A stretch of DNA of 64,000 nt. Source: an uncultured Lachnospiraceae bacterium (GTDB taxonomy: Bacteria; Bacillota; Clostridia; Lachnospirales; Lachnospiraceae). The position numbers were made by a program, and so were the translations under genes. The stretch is from assembly GCA_902789555.1 (NCBI GenBank), contig CADAOF010000007.1, positions 12,014 through 76,013 on the forward strand. The letters run 5' to 3'. Shown piece by piece: positions 38,911 to 49,289 of the stretch. The notes beneath the pieces are model-generated. The model was given only the letters and a program-made list of their open reading frames with translations. It made no database searches and was not told the DNA's origin. Position 1 is the first letter of the stretch, and each line of letters opens with the position of its first letter.

Positions 38911-40683
38911 ATGGAAACTTTATTGCAGCAAATGACGGCAGCGGCGGCGAAGGCCTTTGAACGCTGCGGGATGGATCCCGCTCTCGGCAAGGTCAATCTG
39001 TCGAACCGTCCCGATCTGTGCGAATATCAGTGCAACGGCGCGATGGCTGCGGCTAAGCAGCTTCACCGCAATCCTTTCGAGATCGCGGAAGAGGTCGCAG
39101 GGATCCTGAAGGAGGATCCGCTCTTTGCGGCAGCGGAAGCGGTGCGGCCCGGTTTCATCAACCTGACGCTCGCACCGGAAGCCGTGGCAGCTTACCTGAA
39201 CGCAAGGAAAGGAGACGTCCGCCTCGGTGCGGAACCTGTCGGCGAAGGGAAGACCATCATCCTCGACTACGGCGGCGCCAACGTGGCGAAGCCTCTTCAC
39301 GTGGGGCATCTGCGTTCCGCGATCATCGGTGAGTCCCTGAAGCGCATCTGCCGCTTCCTCGGCTTCCATGCGATCGGTGACGTGCATCTCGGCGACTGGG
39401 GTCTTCAGATGGGCCTGATCATTGAGGAACTGAAGGACCGGAAGCCGGATCTGCCTTACTTCGACCCGAAGCACGAAGGCGCCTATCCGGCCGAAGCACC
39501 CTTTACCATCGGCGATCTTGAGGAGATCTATCCGGCGGCGAGCGGACGCTCCAAGACGGATGAAGCCTTTGCGGCGAGAGCGCATGAAGCGACCTACCGC
39601 CTGCAGAACGGCGATCCCGGCTATTATGCCCTCTACCGCCATATCGTGAACGTGTCCGTGGCCGATCTGAAGAAGAACTACGGCAACCTGAACGTGACCT
39701 TTGACCTCTGGAAAGGCGAAAGCGACGCGCAGGCGTACATCCCCGCGATGATGGAGGACTTCAGAAAGAAGGGGATCCTCAGGCAGAGCGAAGGCGCGAT
39801 GGTCATCGACGTCGCTGAGGAGAGCGATACGAAGGAAGTTCCGCCCTGCCTCGTGCAAAAATCGGACGGCGCCTATCTTTACGCCACTACGGACCTCGCG
39901 ACCATCGTACAGCGGGAGCAGGACTATCACCCCGACGAGTATTTCTACGTGACCGACAAGCGGCAGAGCATGCATTTCCTCCAGGTCTTCCGCGCGGCGA
40001 GAAAAGCCGGGCTGGTCAGCGACGATACCGTGATGACGCACCTCGGCTTCGGCACCATGAACGGCAAGGACGGAAAGCCCTTCAAGACCCGTTCGGGCGG
40101 CGTGATGCGGCTCGAATACCTCCTGGAAGACGTGGCGTCGGCTGTTTACGAACGCATGGCGGCATCGGACATGCCGGAAGAAGAGAAGAGAAACGTCGCG
40201 CGGATCGTCGGCCTTGCTGCCCTGAAATACGGCGACCTTTCGAACCAGGCAACGAAGGACTACGTCTTCGACACGGAGCGCTTCACCTCCTTCGAAGGCA
40301 ATACCGGACCCTACATCCTCTACACCATAGTCCGCATCGGCTCGATCCTGAACAAGTATGCAGCGGAAAAGGGCATCGGCGAAGACGCTCTGCCGGCAGA
40401 GATCCTGCCTGCGTCTGATGCCGGTGAAAAGCAGCTCCAGCGGCTGCTTACCGGTGCCGGAGAGGTGATTACGGCAGCCTACGCGGAGAAAGCGCCGCAT
40501 AAGCTCTGCCTCTTCATTTACGACGCGGCGAATGCGTTTAATTCCTTCTATCACGAGCACCGCATCCTGACGGAGGAGGATGAGGCGAAAAAGGCGTCCT
40601 GGATCGCACTCCTTGCAGAAACGAAGCGCGTCCTCGGCGTTATGATCGGCCTTCTGGGCTTTGAAGCCCCCGAAAGAATGTAA
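38911..40683 (+). CDS. argS: Arginine--tRNA ligase
   Basis: Class I HIGH region (PLHVGHLRS), an FKTRSG (KMSKS-like) loop, and a DALR anticodon-binding domain. Start at METLLQQ. Confidence 0.9.
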   Translation: METLLQQMTAAAAKAFERCGMDPALGKVNLSNRPDLCEYQCNGAMAAAKQLHRNPFEIAEEVAGILKEDPLFAAAEAVRPGFINLTLAPEAVAAYLNARKGDVRLGAEPVGEGKTIILDYGGANVAKPLHVGHLRSAIIGESLKRICRFLGFHAIGDVHLGDWGLQMGLIIEELKDRKPDLPYFDPKHEGAYPAEAPFTIGDLEEIYPAASGRSKTDEAFAARAHEATYRLQNGDPGYYALYRHIVNVSVADLKKNYGNLNVTFDLWKGESDAQAYIPAMMEDFRKKGILRQSEGAMVIDVAEESDTKEVPPCLVQKSDGAYLYATTDLATIVQREQDYHPDEYFYVTDKRQSMHFLQVFRAARKAGLVSDDTVMTHLGFGTMNGKDGKPFKTRSGGVMRLEYLLEDVASAVYERMAASDMPEEEKRNVARIVGLAALKYGDLSNQATKDYVFDTERFTSFEGNTGPYILYTIVRIGSILNKYAAEKGIGEDALPAEILPASDAGEKQLQRLLTGAGEVITAAYAEKAPHKLCLFIYDAANAFNSFYHEHRILTEEDEAKKASWIALLAETKRVLGVMIGLLGFEAPERM

Positions 40684-40718
40684 TCATGATCCTGTCCCGC
40701 TTCCGCCCGTCAGCCGTT

Positions 40719-40756
40719 TGGCATCCTGAGAAGCGAAGCGGTGAAGGAAATTCTCA
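40719..40756. repeat. Degenerate copy of the CATCCTGAG...GAAGGA intergenic repeat
   Basis: GGCATCCTGAGAAGCGAAGCGGTGAAGGAAATTCTC, compared by eye with the elements at 10393-10428 and 45647-45696. Confidence 0.5.
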
Positions 40757-40779
40757 CTAAAACATAAAGGAGTACCGAA

Positions 40780-41037
40780 ATGAAATACACGTATGAGTGC
40801 AAGGGAACCTGCGCGATGATCATCACGCTTGAACTGGATGAAGAAAAGAAACTGCACAACGTGCAGTTCGTCGGCGGTTGCGACGGCAACCACAAGGGCA
40901 TCATCCGCCTCGTGGAAGGCCAGGATGCGAAGACTGTGGCCGAGACGCTTGCCGGAACGACCTGCGGGCCGCGTCCCACATCCTGCCCCGACCAGCTGTC
41001 GAAGGCGATCGAAGCCGCGCTGGCCGAAGCCGTCTGA
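40780..41037 (+). CDS. TSCPD-domain small protein (TIGR03905-like)
   Basis: 85 aa with a literal TSCPDQLSKAIE motif and GGCDGNHKG. Confidence 0.75.
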   Translation: MKYTYECKGTCAMIITLELDEEKKLHNVQFVGGCDGNHKGIIRLVEGQDAKTVAETLAGTTCGPRPTSCPDQLSKAIEAALAEAV

Positions 41038-41089
41038 ACTTCAGAATTAACACAAAAGAGCGCCGCAGCGTGAACTGCGGCGCTCTTTT

Positions 41090-42031
41090 TCATCGCAGGA
41101 AATCCCGGATCATCCGGAAGTACTGCCGTTCGAGAAGAAGAACATTCTGTGCCTGCTCAACGGAGATCGGTATGAAATTCACTTTGTCACCGCCCTTCAG
41201 CTGGCCCAGAAAGCGAAAATCTGCGGAACAGACCGTCGCGATCTTCGTGTAGCCGCCGGTAGTCTGACGGTCCGCCGTCATGATGATCGGCTTGCCGGAG
41301 GAAGGGATCTGGACCGCGCCGAAAGCAATGCCGTCAGAGATGATGTCAGCTCCGCCTTTGTGCTCAATGGGAGGGCCGTCCAGACGGCAGCCCATGCGGT
41401 CGAAATCAGCACTCACCGTATAGACTTCACTGAAGAAAGTCCTGAGTCCTGCCTCAGTAAAATGATCGTCCTGCGGACCTAAGACGGCATGCAACTCATA
41501 TTGCTTCTGCGGGACGAAATCGGTACCGATCCGCCTCCTTTCGGGGAAGGGGAGATCCGGCTGCGGTGCGCGGAACCTGAGTTCGTCACCTGCTTCGAGT
41601 TTTCGGCCTTTGATGCCGCCGATCTTCGCTTTCATGCAGGTGGAGCGGCTTCCCATGACAAGGGGAACGTCCAGGCCGCCGGCAAAGGCGAGATAGGCGC
41701 GGCAGCCGTTTCGAAGACCGAGGAAGCGGAGCGTCTGCCCTGCTTCGATCTTCACGGCCTGATAACGCGGCATCGGCTTTCCATCAAGTTCTGCGCCGAG
41801 GTCGCCGCCGGTAAGGACAGCGTAATTTGCTTCGCCAAAGATCAGCTGAGGTCCCGTGACGGTGATCTCAAGAGCGGCTTCACCCGGGTCGTTGCCGAGG
41901 AGGAGATTGGCCAGCTTCAGGCTTCGCGGATCCATGGCGCCGGACACAGGCACGCCGTACTGTTGGAAGCCGAAACGCCCGAGATCCTGCACGGTCGTCA
42001 GCACACCGGGCTGTATGACACGGATGCTCAT
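41090..42031 (-). CDS. pxpC: 5-oxoprolinase subunit C (allophanate hydrolase subunit 2 / KipA family)
   Basis: 313 aa: PGVLTTVQDLGRFGFQQYGVPVSGAMD. It sits in a pxpA-B-C arrangement. Confidence 0.85.
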   Translation of the reverse strand: MSIRVIQPGVLTTVQDLGRFGFQQYGVPVSGAMDPRSLKLANLLLGNDPGEAALEITVTGPQLIFGEANYAVLTGGDLGAELDGKPMPRYQAVKIEAGQTLRFLGLRNGCRAYLAFAGGLDVPLVMGSRSTCMKAKIGGIKGRKLEAGDELRFRAPQPDLPFPERRRIGTDFVPQKQYELHAVLGPQDDHFTEAGLRTFFSEVYTVSADFDRMGCRLDGPPIEHKGGADIISDGIAFGAVQIPSSGKPIIMTADRQTTGGYTKIATVCSADFRFLGQLKGGDKVNFIPISVEQAQNVLLLERQYFRMIRDFLR

Positions 42032-42032
42032 C

Positions 42033-42764
42033 TCAGTCCTCCTTCCGCACGTGCGTCCTCACGGCATAGGTTCCGGCTTCAACCTCGCGGAGAATGGCAT
42101 CATATTCTTTCTGTGCGACCGGAATGAACTGAATGTACTGCCCGGCTTCCGGAAGAATGGGCTTTTCCCTCTCTGGATCGTACATCTTCACCGGCGTGCG
42201 GCCAATCAGCTGCCAGCCGCCCGGAGAATCGACGGGATAAATACCGGTCTGCGTTCCCGCGATTCCGACGGAGCCGGACGGGATCCTCAGGCGGGGCTGC
42301 GCAAGACGCGGTGCCGCAATTCTCTCACTCATGCCCCCGAGGTAGGTGAATCCGGGCGTAAAACCCAGCATGTAGATCAGGTATTCCGCGGAAGAATGGA
42401 TCCGGACGACCTGATCCTCGTTTATTCCTGCATGTTCCGCAACGAAAGGCAGGTCAGGACCCGCTTCCCCGCCGTACAGCACCGGAATCTCCAGTACGAG
42501 GCCGGGCGGCACAGGGGCATCACCCGAATCTCCGAGCAGCTTCTCCAATTCATCCCTCAGCGGATCGTAACGGATCACTGCAGGATCGTAATGGACCATG
42601 AGAGAGCGGTAGGTCGGGACAGTTTCCGTGATGCCGGGAATCGCGGCGTTTTCCAATGCGGCCCTGAAGGAACGGACCCTGCGGTTCACGGCTTCACTGA
42701 TCTCATTCCCAAATTCCACGGACAGGGAACAGTCTCCCGTGAGTAAAATGCGTACGTTGTTCAT
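42033..42764 (-). CDS. pxpB: 5-oxoprolinase subunit B (allophanate hydrolase subunit 1 / KipI family)
   Basis: 243 aa: SLSVEFGNEISEAVN..TVPTYRSLMVHYDP. Confidence 0.85.
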   Translation of the reverse strand: MNNVRILLTGDCSLSVEFGNEISEAVNRRVRSFRAALENAAIPGITETVPTYRSLMVHYDPAVIRYDPLRDELEKLLGDSGDAPVPPGLVLEIPVLYGGEAGPDLPFVAEHAGINEDQVVRIHSSAEYLIYMLGFTPGFTYLGGMSERIAAPRLAQPRLRIPSGSVGIAGTQTGIYPVDSPGGWQLIGRTPVKMYDPEREKPILPEAGQYIQFIPVAQKEYDAILREVEAGTYAVRTHVRKED

Positions 42765-42823
42765 CGGATTATCCTTCCCGAAAAGAGGTCTGACGCGCGG
42801 AAAAAAGGCTGTGAGAGAGCGTC

Positions 42824-43591
42824 TCAGACGATTACTGACAGAGGAACCACCGATACGCCTTCCGTCTCCAGACGTTCCCTGATGGCTTTCACGAAAGCGA
42901 GCGCCGAAGGGTTGTCACCGTGGACACAGATCGAATCGGCGGTAAGCGGAACAGTCTCACCGGTGACAGCGGTAACGATACCTTCCTTCACCATGCGGAC
43001 GGTGCGGGAGAGTGCCTCCTCCATGTCGTGGATGACGGCGCCGGGCATGCTGCGCGGGACTAATGAGCCGTCGGCCTGATAGGCGCGGTCGGCAAAGACT
43101 TCGCCTGCGATGCGCAGGCCGGCTTCCTTTCCGGCTTCGGTCATGGCGCTGCCGGCAAGTCCGAGAAGGATGATCCCCGCGTCCACATCCGCGACGGCCT
43201 CAGCGATGGCTGCGGCAAGGGCTTTGTCCTTCGCGGCCATGTTGTAGAGGGCACCGTGCGGCTTGCAGTGCTGCAGAGGGATCCCTGCTGCCCGGGTAAA
43301 GGCAAGGAGGGCACCGAGCTGATATTTTACGTAAGCTTTTACTTCCTTCGGTGTGCAGATCATGTTCCGGCGGCCGAAGCCCTGCAGGTCCGGGTATCCC
43401 GGGTGCGCGCCGACGGCAGCGCCGGCCTTTTTCGCGAGCCGGACGGTCTCCTCCATGACGATCGGATCGCCGGCGTGAAAGCCGCAGGCGACGTTGGCAG
43501 ATGAGACGTACTGCAGGATATCGGCATCCATGCCGATCTTATAGGCACCGAAGCTTTCGCCGAGATCGCTGTTCAGATCTATCTTAAGCAT
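42824..43591 (-). CDS. pxpA: 5-oxoprolinase subunit A (LamB/YcsF family)
   Basis: Start [15 protein letters not shown] after AAGGAGAAG; also [10 protein letters not shown]. The start overlaps the LysR stop by 8 nt. Confidence 0.9.
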   Translation of the reverse strand: MLKIDLNSDLGESFGAYKIGMDADILQYVSSANVACGFHAGDPIVMEETVRLAKKAGAAVGAHPGYPDLQGFGRRNMICTPKEVKAYVKYQLGALLAFTRAAGIPLQHCKPHGALYNMAAKDKALAAAIAEAVADVDAGIILLGLAGSAMTEAGKEAGLRIAGEVFADRAYQADGSLVPRSMPGAVIHDMEEALSRTVRMVKEGIVTAVTGETVPLTADSICVHGDNPSALAFVKAIRERLETEGVSVVPLSVIV

Positions 43592-44555
43592 GATCTTCTC
43601 CTTCCGGGGCGTTCTCATCCCCTTTTTCACTTAAATATTCGATCAGTTCCCGGTGGATCGCCGGGAGTTTTTTCTTTGGGTAGGAAAGCGAGATGCTGCG
43701 GAAGGCGAGAGGATCGCTTAGCTGATAGAAGACGACGTTCTCGTTCGGCGACACGTACTCGGGGATCGTATCGCGCAGCATCGTCACGCCCTGGCCTTCA
43801 CAGACGAGGTAGTAGGCGGTCATCATCTGCGTAAGGACCAGTTTGACCTTCGGGGAAAAGCCGGCGTTTGCGCAGATCGCCTTCGTGCGGTGATGGAGAT
43901 CGTTCCGTTCGTTTAACAGCAGGAAGGGCATGTTCAGGAAACGGATGAGCGGGACCGGCTTTTTGCGGCAGCCGGGCTCATTCCGCTTAAGGAAGGCGTC
44001 GAAATCGTAAGCATATTCGGCAAGTTCCCGGTTGATCTGATAGCGGGCAGGTACGGCAAGCACGATCTCTTCGTGCATCCAGGGACGGGTCTCGATCTCC
44101 GGATGATCCGGCTTTTCCACGGCGAGCGCAAGGTCGATGTCTCCCCGCAGGAGCTTGTCGGTGAGCGTTCCGGGCTCCACTTCGGAGAAAGTAAGGACGA
44201 GATCGGGATGTTCCTTCTGGAACTCCTGCAGGAGATTAGGCAGAAGATAGCCCGAGAAGAAGGCGGAACTGCCGATGCTGATGGTTTCGGCGGCAGCGCG
44301 GCGGAGCTGTTCGAAGCGCCGGTGGCTTTCCTCCTCGATCTGCATGACCTTTTCCGCCTGCTCAACGTAGTACGTGCCGGCTTCGGTAAGCGTAAGCGGC
44401 GAGGTGGAACGGTCGAAGAGGGGAACGCCGAGCAGTTTCTCCACTTCCTTCACTTTCGTGCTGAGCCAGGGCTGGGAAGTGTTCAGCGCCAGCGCGGCCT
44501 TGGAAAAACTCCGGTTCGCGGCGACGGCACAGATATATTCCTTATAGCGAAACAT
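43584..44555 (-). CDS. LysR family transcriptional regulator
   Basis: N-terminal HTH ([35 protein letters not shown]) plus a substrate-binding domain. Confidence 0.9.
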   Translation of the reverse strand: MFRYKEYICAVAANRSFSKAALALNTSQPWLSTKVKEVEKLLGVPLFDRSTSPLTLTEAGTYYVEQAEKVMQIEEESHRRFEQLRRAAAETISIGSSAFFSGYLLPNLLQEFQKEHPDLVLTFSEVEPGTLTDKLLRGDIDLALAVEKPDHPEIETRPWMHEEIVLAVPARYQINRELAEYAYDFDAFLKRNEPGCRKKPVPLIRFLNMPFLLLNERNDLHHRTKAICANAGFSPKVKLVLTQMMTAYYLVCEGQGVTMLRDTIPEYVSPNENVVFYQLSDPLAFRSISLSYPKKKLPAIHRELIEYLSEKGDENAPEGEDHA

Positions 44556-44713
44556 TTTGCCCTCCGATTATAAGAATTAACGAATAACATATTAGGCTTT
44601 TCGTATTTTACAAGGCTGATACATACGCATATAATGATATCGTAAAAACAAGAAAAGCGCAAGGTCCCGCCGGACATTTTCGGGGATCTGCGGAAAAACA
44701 AAGGAGAATAAAC

Positions 44714-45640
44714 ATGAGACTGGCAACGATCAAACTGCACGGCGCTGAAGTCGCGGGCATCGTCACCGAGAAGGGCATCCTGCCCATCCACGCTCTGAAC
44801 GCGGCCAAGGGTACCGCCTGGAAGGAAAACCTGTACGACCTGATCGTGGAAGATCAGCTGAAAGGCCTGACGGGTTGGTACAACAACGGCGGCAAGGAAG
44901 AACTGGCTGAGCTTGCCGGCACCGTTCCTTACGAAAAAGTTGAATATGCCCCTCTTTACCGCAATCCCAGAAGGATCTTCGGCATCGGCCTGAACTACGT
45001 CGACCATGCGGGCGACATCGGCGATGCGGCGCCTCAGGGCTTCCCCGGCAGCTTCTTCAAGATGCCCGACACCCTGATCGGCCCCGGCGACGAGATCCAC
45101 ATGCCGGCCATGAAGGAAGCGCTGAAGACCACGGCGGAAGCCGAACTCGGCGTCATCATGGGCAGGGACTGCCGCGACGTTTCCGAAGAGAACTGGCTGG
45201 ATGCCGTTGCCGGTTACACCACCATTCTCGACATGACCGAAGAATCCATCCTGAAGGGCAACGAGTTCCTGAAGGGCAACCCCCGCTACCTCTGCATCGT
45301 GAAGAACTTCCCGACCTTCTTCTCCTTCGGCCCGCAGCTCGTGACCCCCGATGAGGTCCCGGACGTGCTGAAGCTGGAAGTCCAGAGCGTGCACAACGGC
45401 GAAGTTTATGCGAAGAACGTCGTGTCCAACATGACCCACCGTCCCGCCCGTCTGGTGTCCCTGCACTCCAGCATCCAGGGCTGGCTGGCCGGCGACATCC
45501 TGTCCACCGGCACGCCCCGCGCCTTCGGCCTTGCGGACGGCGATATCGCGGAATGCCGCATTTACGGTCCCGACGGATTCTCCATGGAACCGCTCGTGAA
45601 CCCGGTCGTCGACCTCAAGAAACACCCGGAGAAGGCCTGA
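44714..45640 (+). CDS. Fumarylacetoacetate hydrolase (FAH) family protein
   Basis: 308 aa. FAH fold: IFGIGLNYVDHA..ELGVIMGR..GDILSTGTP. Confidence 0.85.
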   Translation: MRLATIKLHGAEVAGIVTEKGILPIHALNAAKGTAWKENLYDLIVEDQLKGLTGWYNNGGKEELAELAGTVPYEKVEYAPLYRNPRRIFGIGLNYVDHAGDIGDAAPQGFPGSFFKMPDTLIGPGDEIHMPAMKEALKTTAEAELGVIMGRDCRDVSEENWLDAVAGYTTILDMTEESILKGNEFLKGNPRYLCIVKNFPTFFSFGPQLVTPDEVPDVLKLEVQSVHNGEVYAKNVVSNMTHRPARLVSLHSSIQGWLAGDILSTGTPRAFGLADGDIAECRIYGPDGFSMEPLVNPVVDLKKHPEKA

Positions 45641-45646
45641 AAAAAA

Positions 45647-45696
45647 CTGTCATCCTGAGCGCAGTACCCGCAGGGCACAGGCGAAGGATCTTACTC
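45647..45696. repeat. Copy of the GTCATCCTGAGCG...CGAAGGATC intergenic repeat
   Basis: CTGTCATCCTGAGCGCAGTACCCGCAGGGCACAGGCGAAGGATCTTACTC. It shares both ends with the element at 10393-10428. Confidence 0.75.
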
Positions 45697-45728
45697 AAAA
45701 ATCACAAAAAATACTTAGGAGGATCATC

Positions 45729-46523
45729 ATGGATCTCGGATTAAAGGACAAAGTCATCGTTTGCTTATCGTCTGCTGCCGGCATCGGCCGCGGCATCGCC
45801 ACCGAACTCGCCCGTGAAGGCGCGAAGGTCGTCATCACCACTGCGGAACCCTTCAAGAAGGATCTTGACGAAGCCGTCGCATACATTGAAAAAGAGACCG
45901 GCAACCGCCCCTATACCTATATTTCCGACATTAAGGACCCCGACAGCATCGTAAAGCTGATCGACGACGCCGCGAAGGATCTCGGCGGTGTCTACGGCCT
46001 CGTGAACCTCTGCCCCGGCCCCAAGGCCGGCGGATTCGACGCCGTGAACGAAGCCGACTGGGCTGACGGCTACGAGAAGTGCCTGCACAGCTACATCGTT
46101 GCCATCCGTGCCGCTCTGCCTTACATGAAGGCCGCCGGTGAAGGCCGCATCCTGAACAGCACCTCTTCCTCCATCAAGCAGGCGCTGGACAACCTCATCA
46201 TCTCCAACACCTTCCGCATGGGCGTGGTCGGCCTTTCCAAGTCCCTGGCCCGCGAATTCGGCAAGGACAACATCCTGGTCAACACCATCGGCCCCGGCCG
46301 CATCTATACCGACCGCATCAAATACCTGAACACCATGCGTGCCCAGAAGGAAGGCATCACGGAAGAAGAGTACACGAAGCGCGACAGCGCGGACTTCCCG
46401 CAGCGCCGCTATCAGACCGTCGACGAGATCGGCCGTCTGGCTGCTTTCCTGATGAGTGAAGCGAACGGTTCCCTGACCGGCCAGTCCTTCCTCTGCGACG
46501 GCGCCATGACCACCGCGTATTGA
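45729..46523 (+). CDS. SDR-family oxidoreductase (atypical active-site region)
   Basis: Rossmann motif LSSAAGIGRG and a typical SDR length. In my manual alignment the YxxxK position reads SNTFR. Confidence 0.8.
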   Translation: MDLGLKDKVIVCLSSAAGIGRGIATELAREGAKVVITTAEPFKKDLDEAVAYIEKETGNRPYTYISDIKDPDSIVKLIDDAAKDLGGVYGLVNLCPGPKAGGFDAVNEADWADGYEKCLHSYIVAIRAALPYMKAAGEGRILNSTSSSIKQALDNLIISNTFRMGVVGLSKSLAREFGKDNILVNTIGPGRIYTDRIKYLNTMRAQKEGITEEEYTKRDSADFPQRRYQTVDEIGRLAAFLMSEANGSLTGQSFLCDGAMTTAY

Positions 46524-46597
46524 TCGGTACGTCATCCCGCAAATGAAAATGCAGCCCTCTTCGGAGGGCTGCATTTTTCGTGTCTTGAGGATCAGGC

Positions 46598-47542
46598 TTA
46601 TTTCCCGCTGTCCGTAAAATGCAGAGCTTCGCTGCAGGCGTCGAAGATGCAGCGGCTGATGCGGTAGACCGAATCCTTGGTCTGGCCGCCGGAGTGCGGT
46701 GAGACGATGAAGCGGTCGCAGCCGATGAGCGGGGAGCTCATGGAGGTCCGCCGGCCGGCAAATTCCTCCTCCATGACGTCGGCGGCGTAGCCGCCGAGCT
46801 GGCCGGAGATCAGCGCCGCATACATGTCCTGCTCGACGACGATGCCGCCGCGGCTCATGTTGATCACGAACGCGCCAAACTTCATCTTCACGATCTCTTG
46901 TGCGCCGATCATGCCGCGCGTCTCGTCCGTGAGAGGGGCGTGAATGGTGATGAAATCCGAACGGCGGAGGATCGTATCCAGGTCCGCAGCCTCGGCGCCG
47001 CGCGCAGTGAAATACTCCCCGGGGCGGCCGTGCGGATTGTAGGCCAGCACCTGCATGCCGAAGACGCGGCACAGTTCGCCGACCCGCTGGCCGATCGAGC
47101 CGAAACCGATGATGCCGACGGTCTTGCCGGCGAGCTCGACACCCAGGTATTTGTACTTGTTCCACTGACGGCGGTCCTGCACCTCGTAGTTCGACTGAAT
47201 GGTGCTGCGCGCGAGCTCCAGCATCTTGCAGATGGTCAGCTCCGCGACGCCGTTCGCATTCATGCCCGGGGCATTGCGGATGATGATCCCGCGCTTTTCG
47301 GCGGCAGCCCGGTCGATGTGGTTGAGACCGGTGGAGCACACGCCGATGAAGCGAAGGTTCTTCGCGGCGTCAAGGACTTCCTCGTCGATCTCGGGGTCCA
47401 CGCGCATGATCAGGACCTCATAGGGTTCGATGATCTTGATAAGCGTCTGCTTCGTCGGCAGCATCATCAGATCCACTTCCATGTACTTCTGAAATTCGCG
47501 GTAGATGTCTTCGTCAATGTAATCGATGACCAAACACTTCAT
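46598..47542 (-). CDS. D-isomer-specific 2-hydroxyacid dehydrogenase family protein
   Basis: NAD motif GIIGFGSIGQRVG, catalytic-region residues RGG...E...SPHSGG. Confidence 0.85.
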   Translation of the reverse strand: MKCLVIDYIDEDIYREFQKYMEVDLMMLPTKQTLIKIIEPYEVLIMRVDPEIDEEVLDAAKNLRFIGVCSTGLNHIDRAAAEKRGIIIRNAPGMNANGVAELTICKMLELARSTIQSNYEVQDRRQWNKYKYLGVELAGKTVGIIGFGSIGQRVGELCRVFGMQVLAYNPHGRPGEYFTARGAEAADLDTILRRSDFITIHAPLTDETRGMIGAQEIVKMKFGAFVINMSRGGIVVEQDMYAALISGQLGGYAADVMEEEFAGRRTSMSSPLIGCDRFIVSPHSGGQTKDSVYRISRCIFDACSEALHFTDSGK

Positions 47543-47615
47543 GGCGTCTCCTTTCGTCTCACATCAATTGTCACGGTTTCTGCAGGCTGGTCTTTCCCTG
47601 TCCGGCAGAAGAGGA

Positions 47616-49289
47616 TCATTCATACAGCCATGTACAGCCTTCGTTCACGCCGGAGACCGCTTTCCGATACGCAGCAAGAAAACCGGCAGCGGGGTGGTTT
47701 GCCGGCCGCTTTGCCTCAGCAAGGCGTGCGGCGATCTCTTCGTCGCTGACTTCCAGATTGATTCGGCGGGCATCGATATCGATCTCCACCATGTCGCCGT
47801 TCCGGACGGCTGCGATGGGGCCGCCGTCCCAGGCTTCCGGCGTCACATGGCCGATGCACGGCCCTCTGGTCGCGCCGGAGTAGCGTCCGTCAGTCACCAT
47901 GGCTACGCTCGTATGCAGGCCCATGCCCACCAGCATCGCCGCCGGAATGGACATTTCCCGCATGCCGGGGCCGCCTTTCGGCCCCTCGTAGCGGATGATC
48001 AGCACGCAGCCGGGCTTGATCTCCTTCGCTGCCATCGCGCGGCGGAGATCGTCTTCCGAGTCGAAGCAGACCGCCGGCCCGCGGTGGTGAAACATCTCCG
48101 GGACCACGCCGCTCTTTTTCACGAGGCATCCGCCGGGGGCGAGATTGCCGTACAGCACCGCGTAGCAGCCGTCCGGATAGAGCGGATCGTCCACCGTGTG
48201 AATGATCTCCGGATCGACAGGGCGCCGGAATGCATCCAGGAATTCGCCCAGCGTGCCGCCCATGGCGAGCCGGCAGTCCTCATTCAGGTATCTGCGGATC
48301 GCCTTCAGCGTCGCGCCGACGCCGCCCGCCTTATAATAATCGTAAATGTTGTACTTGCTGCTGGGCTTGAATTTCGCGACACAGGGGACTTCGCGCTGGA
48401 TCTCGTCGAAACGGCCGAGGTCGAGCGGGATCCCCATCACGTTGGCGATCGCGCAGATATGCAGCTGGGCGTTGGTCGAACCGCCGGTCGCCGCCACGTG
48501 GCGAAGGCCGTTCACGAGGCTTTTTTCAGTCACGATGTCGCCGAAGCGTACGCCTTCCTTCGTGAGCGCGACGATCCGCTCGCCGACCGTCCGTGCCATG
48601 CGCATCTTCGCGCCGGAGCAGTACAGCATGGTCGTCGAATCGATGGGGCAGATGCCGATCGCCTCCGCGAACACGCCCATGGTGTTGGCCGTGCCGTACA
48701 TGGCGCAGGTCCCGCAGGAGAAGCAGATGTTTTCCTTAAAGCGGGTGAAGGTCTCCTCGTCGATGGCATCGATGTTGCGGGCGCCGATGGACTCCTTAAG
48801 GTCGGGCGTGACGTAGGTTCCTTCCGGCGCTTCGTAGGGAACCATGCTGCCGGCCGTCAGAAACAGGCTCGGCTTGTTCAGCGAGGCGGCCGCCATCAGC
48901 ATGCCGGGCACGATCTTGTCGCAGCTGCAGAGGAACACCATCCCGTCGAAGCCGTGGGCACGTGCCATTGCCTCGATGGAGGACGCGATGAGATCGCGGG
49001 ACGGGAGAATGGTGTGCATCCCGTCACCCTGAGCCATGCCGTCGCAGGGGGCCGGCACGTTGAATTCGGCCGGTACGCCGCCGGCTGCCCAGATGCCTTC
49101 CTTGACAAACTCGACGAGCTGTTTGAACGCCCGGTGTCCCGGGTTGACGTCCGTGTAGGAGTTGGCGATCCCGATGACGGGTTTGCCGAGGTCTTCGGTC
49201 CGGTATCCGCAGGAATTCATGAGGCCGACATAGTAGGCTTCCTGAGGATTCTTCGGGTCGTGGTTTCCTTTCCAGTTATTCATGAGCAT
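47616..49289 (-). CDS. IlvD/Edd family dehydratase (context suggests a sugar-acid dehydratase)
   Basis: 557 aa: [36 protein letters not shown] and [19 protein letters not shown]. Confidence 0.85.
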   Translation of the reverse strand: MLMNNWKGNHDPKNPQEAYYVGLMNSCGYRTEDLGKPVIGIANSYTDVNPGHRAFKQLVEFVKEGIWAAGGVPAEFNVPAPCDGMAQGDGMHTILPSRDLIASSIEAMARAHGFDGMVFLCSCDKIVPGMLMAAASLNKPSLFLTAGSMVPYEAPEGTYVTPDLKESIGARNIDAIDEETFTRFKENICFSCGTCAMYGTANTMGVFAEAIGICPIDSTTMLYCSGAKMRMARTVGERIVALTKEGVRFGDIVTEKSLVNGLRHVAATGGSTNAQLHICAIANVMGIPLDLGRFDEIQREVPCVAKFKPSSKYNIYDYYKAGGVGATLKAIRRYLNEDCRLAMGGTLGEFLDAFRRPVDPEIIHTVDDPLYPDGCYAVLYGNLAPGGCLVKKSGVVPEMFHHRGPAVCFDSEDDLRRAMAAKEIKPGCVLIIRYEGPKGGPGMREMSIPAAMLVGMGLHTSVAMVTDGRYSGATRGPCIGHVTPEAWDGGPIAAVRNGDMVEIDIDARRINLEVSDEEIAARLAEAKRPANHPAAGFLAAYRKAVSGVNEGCTWLYE

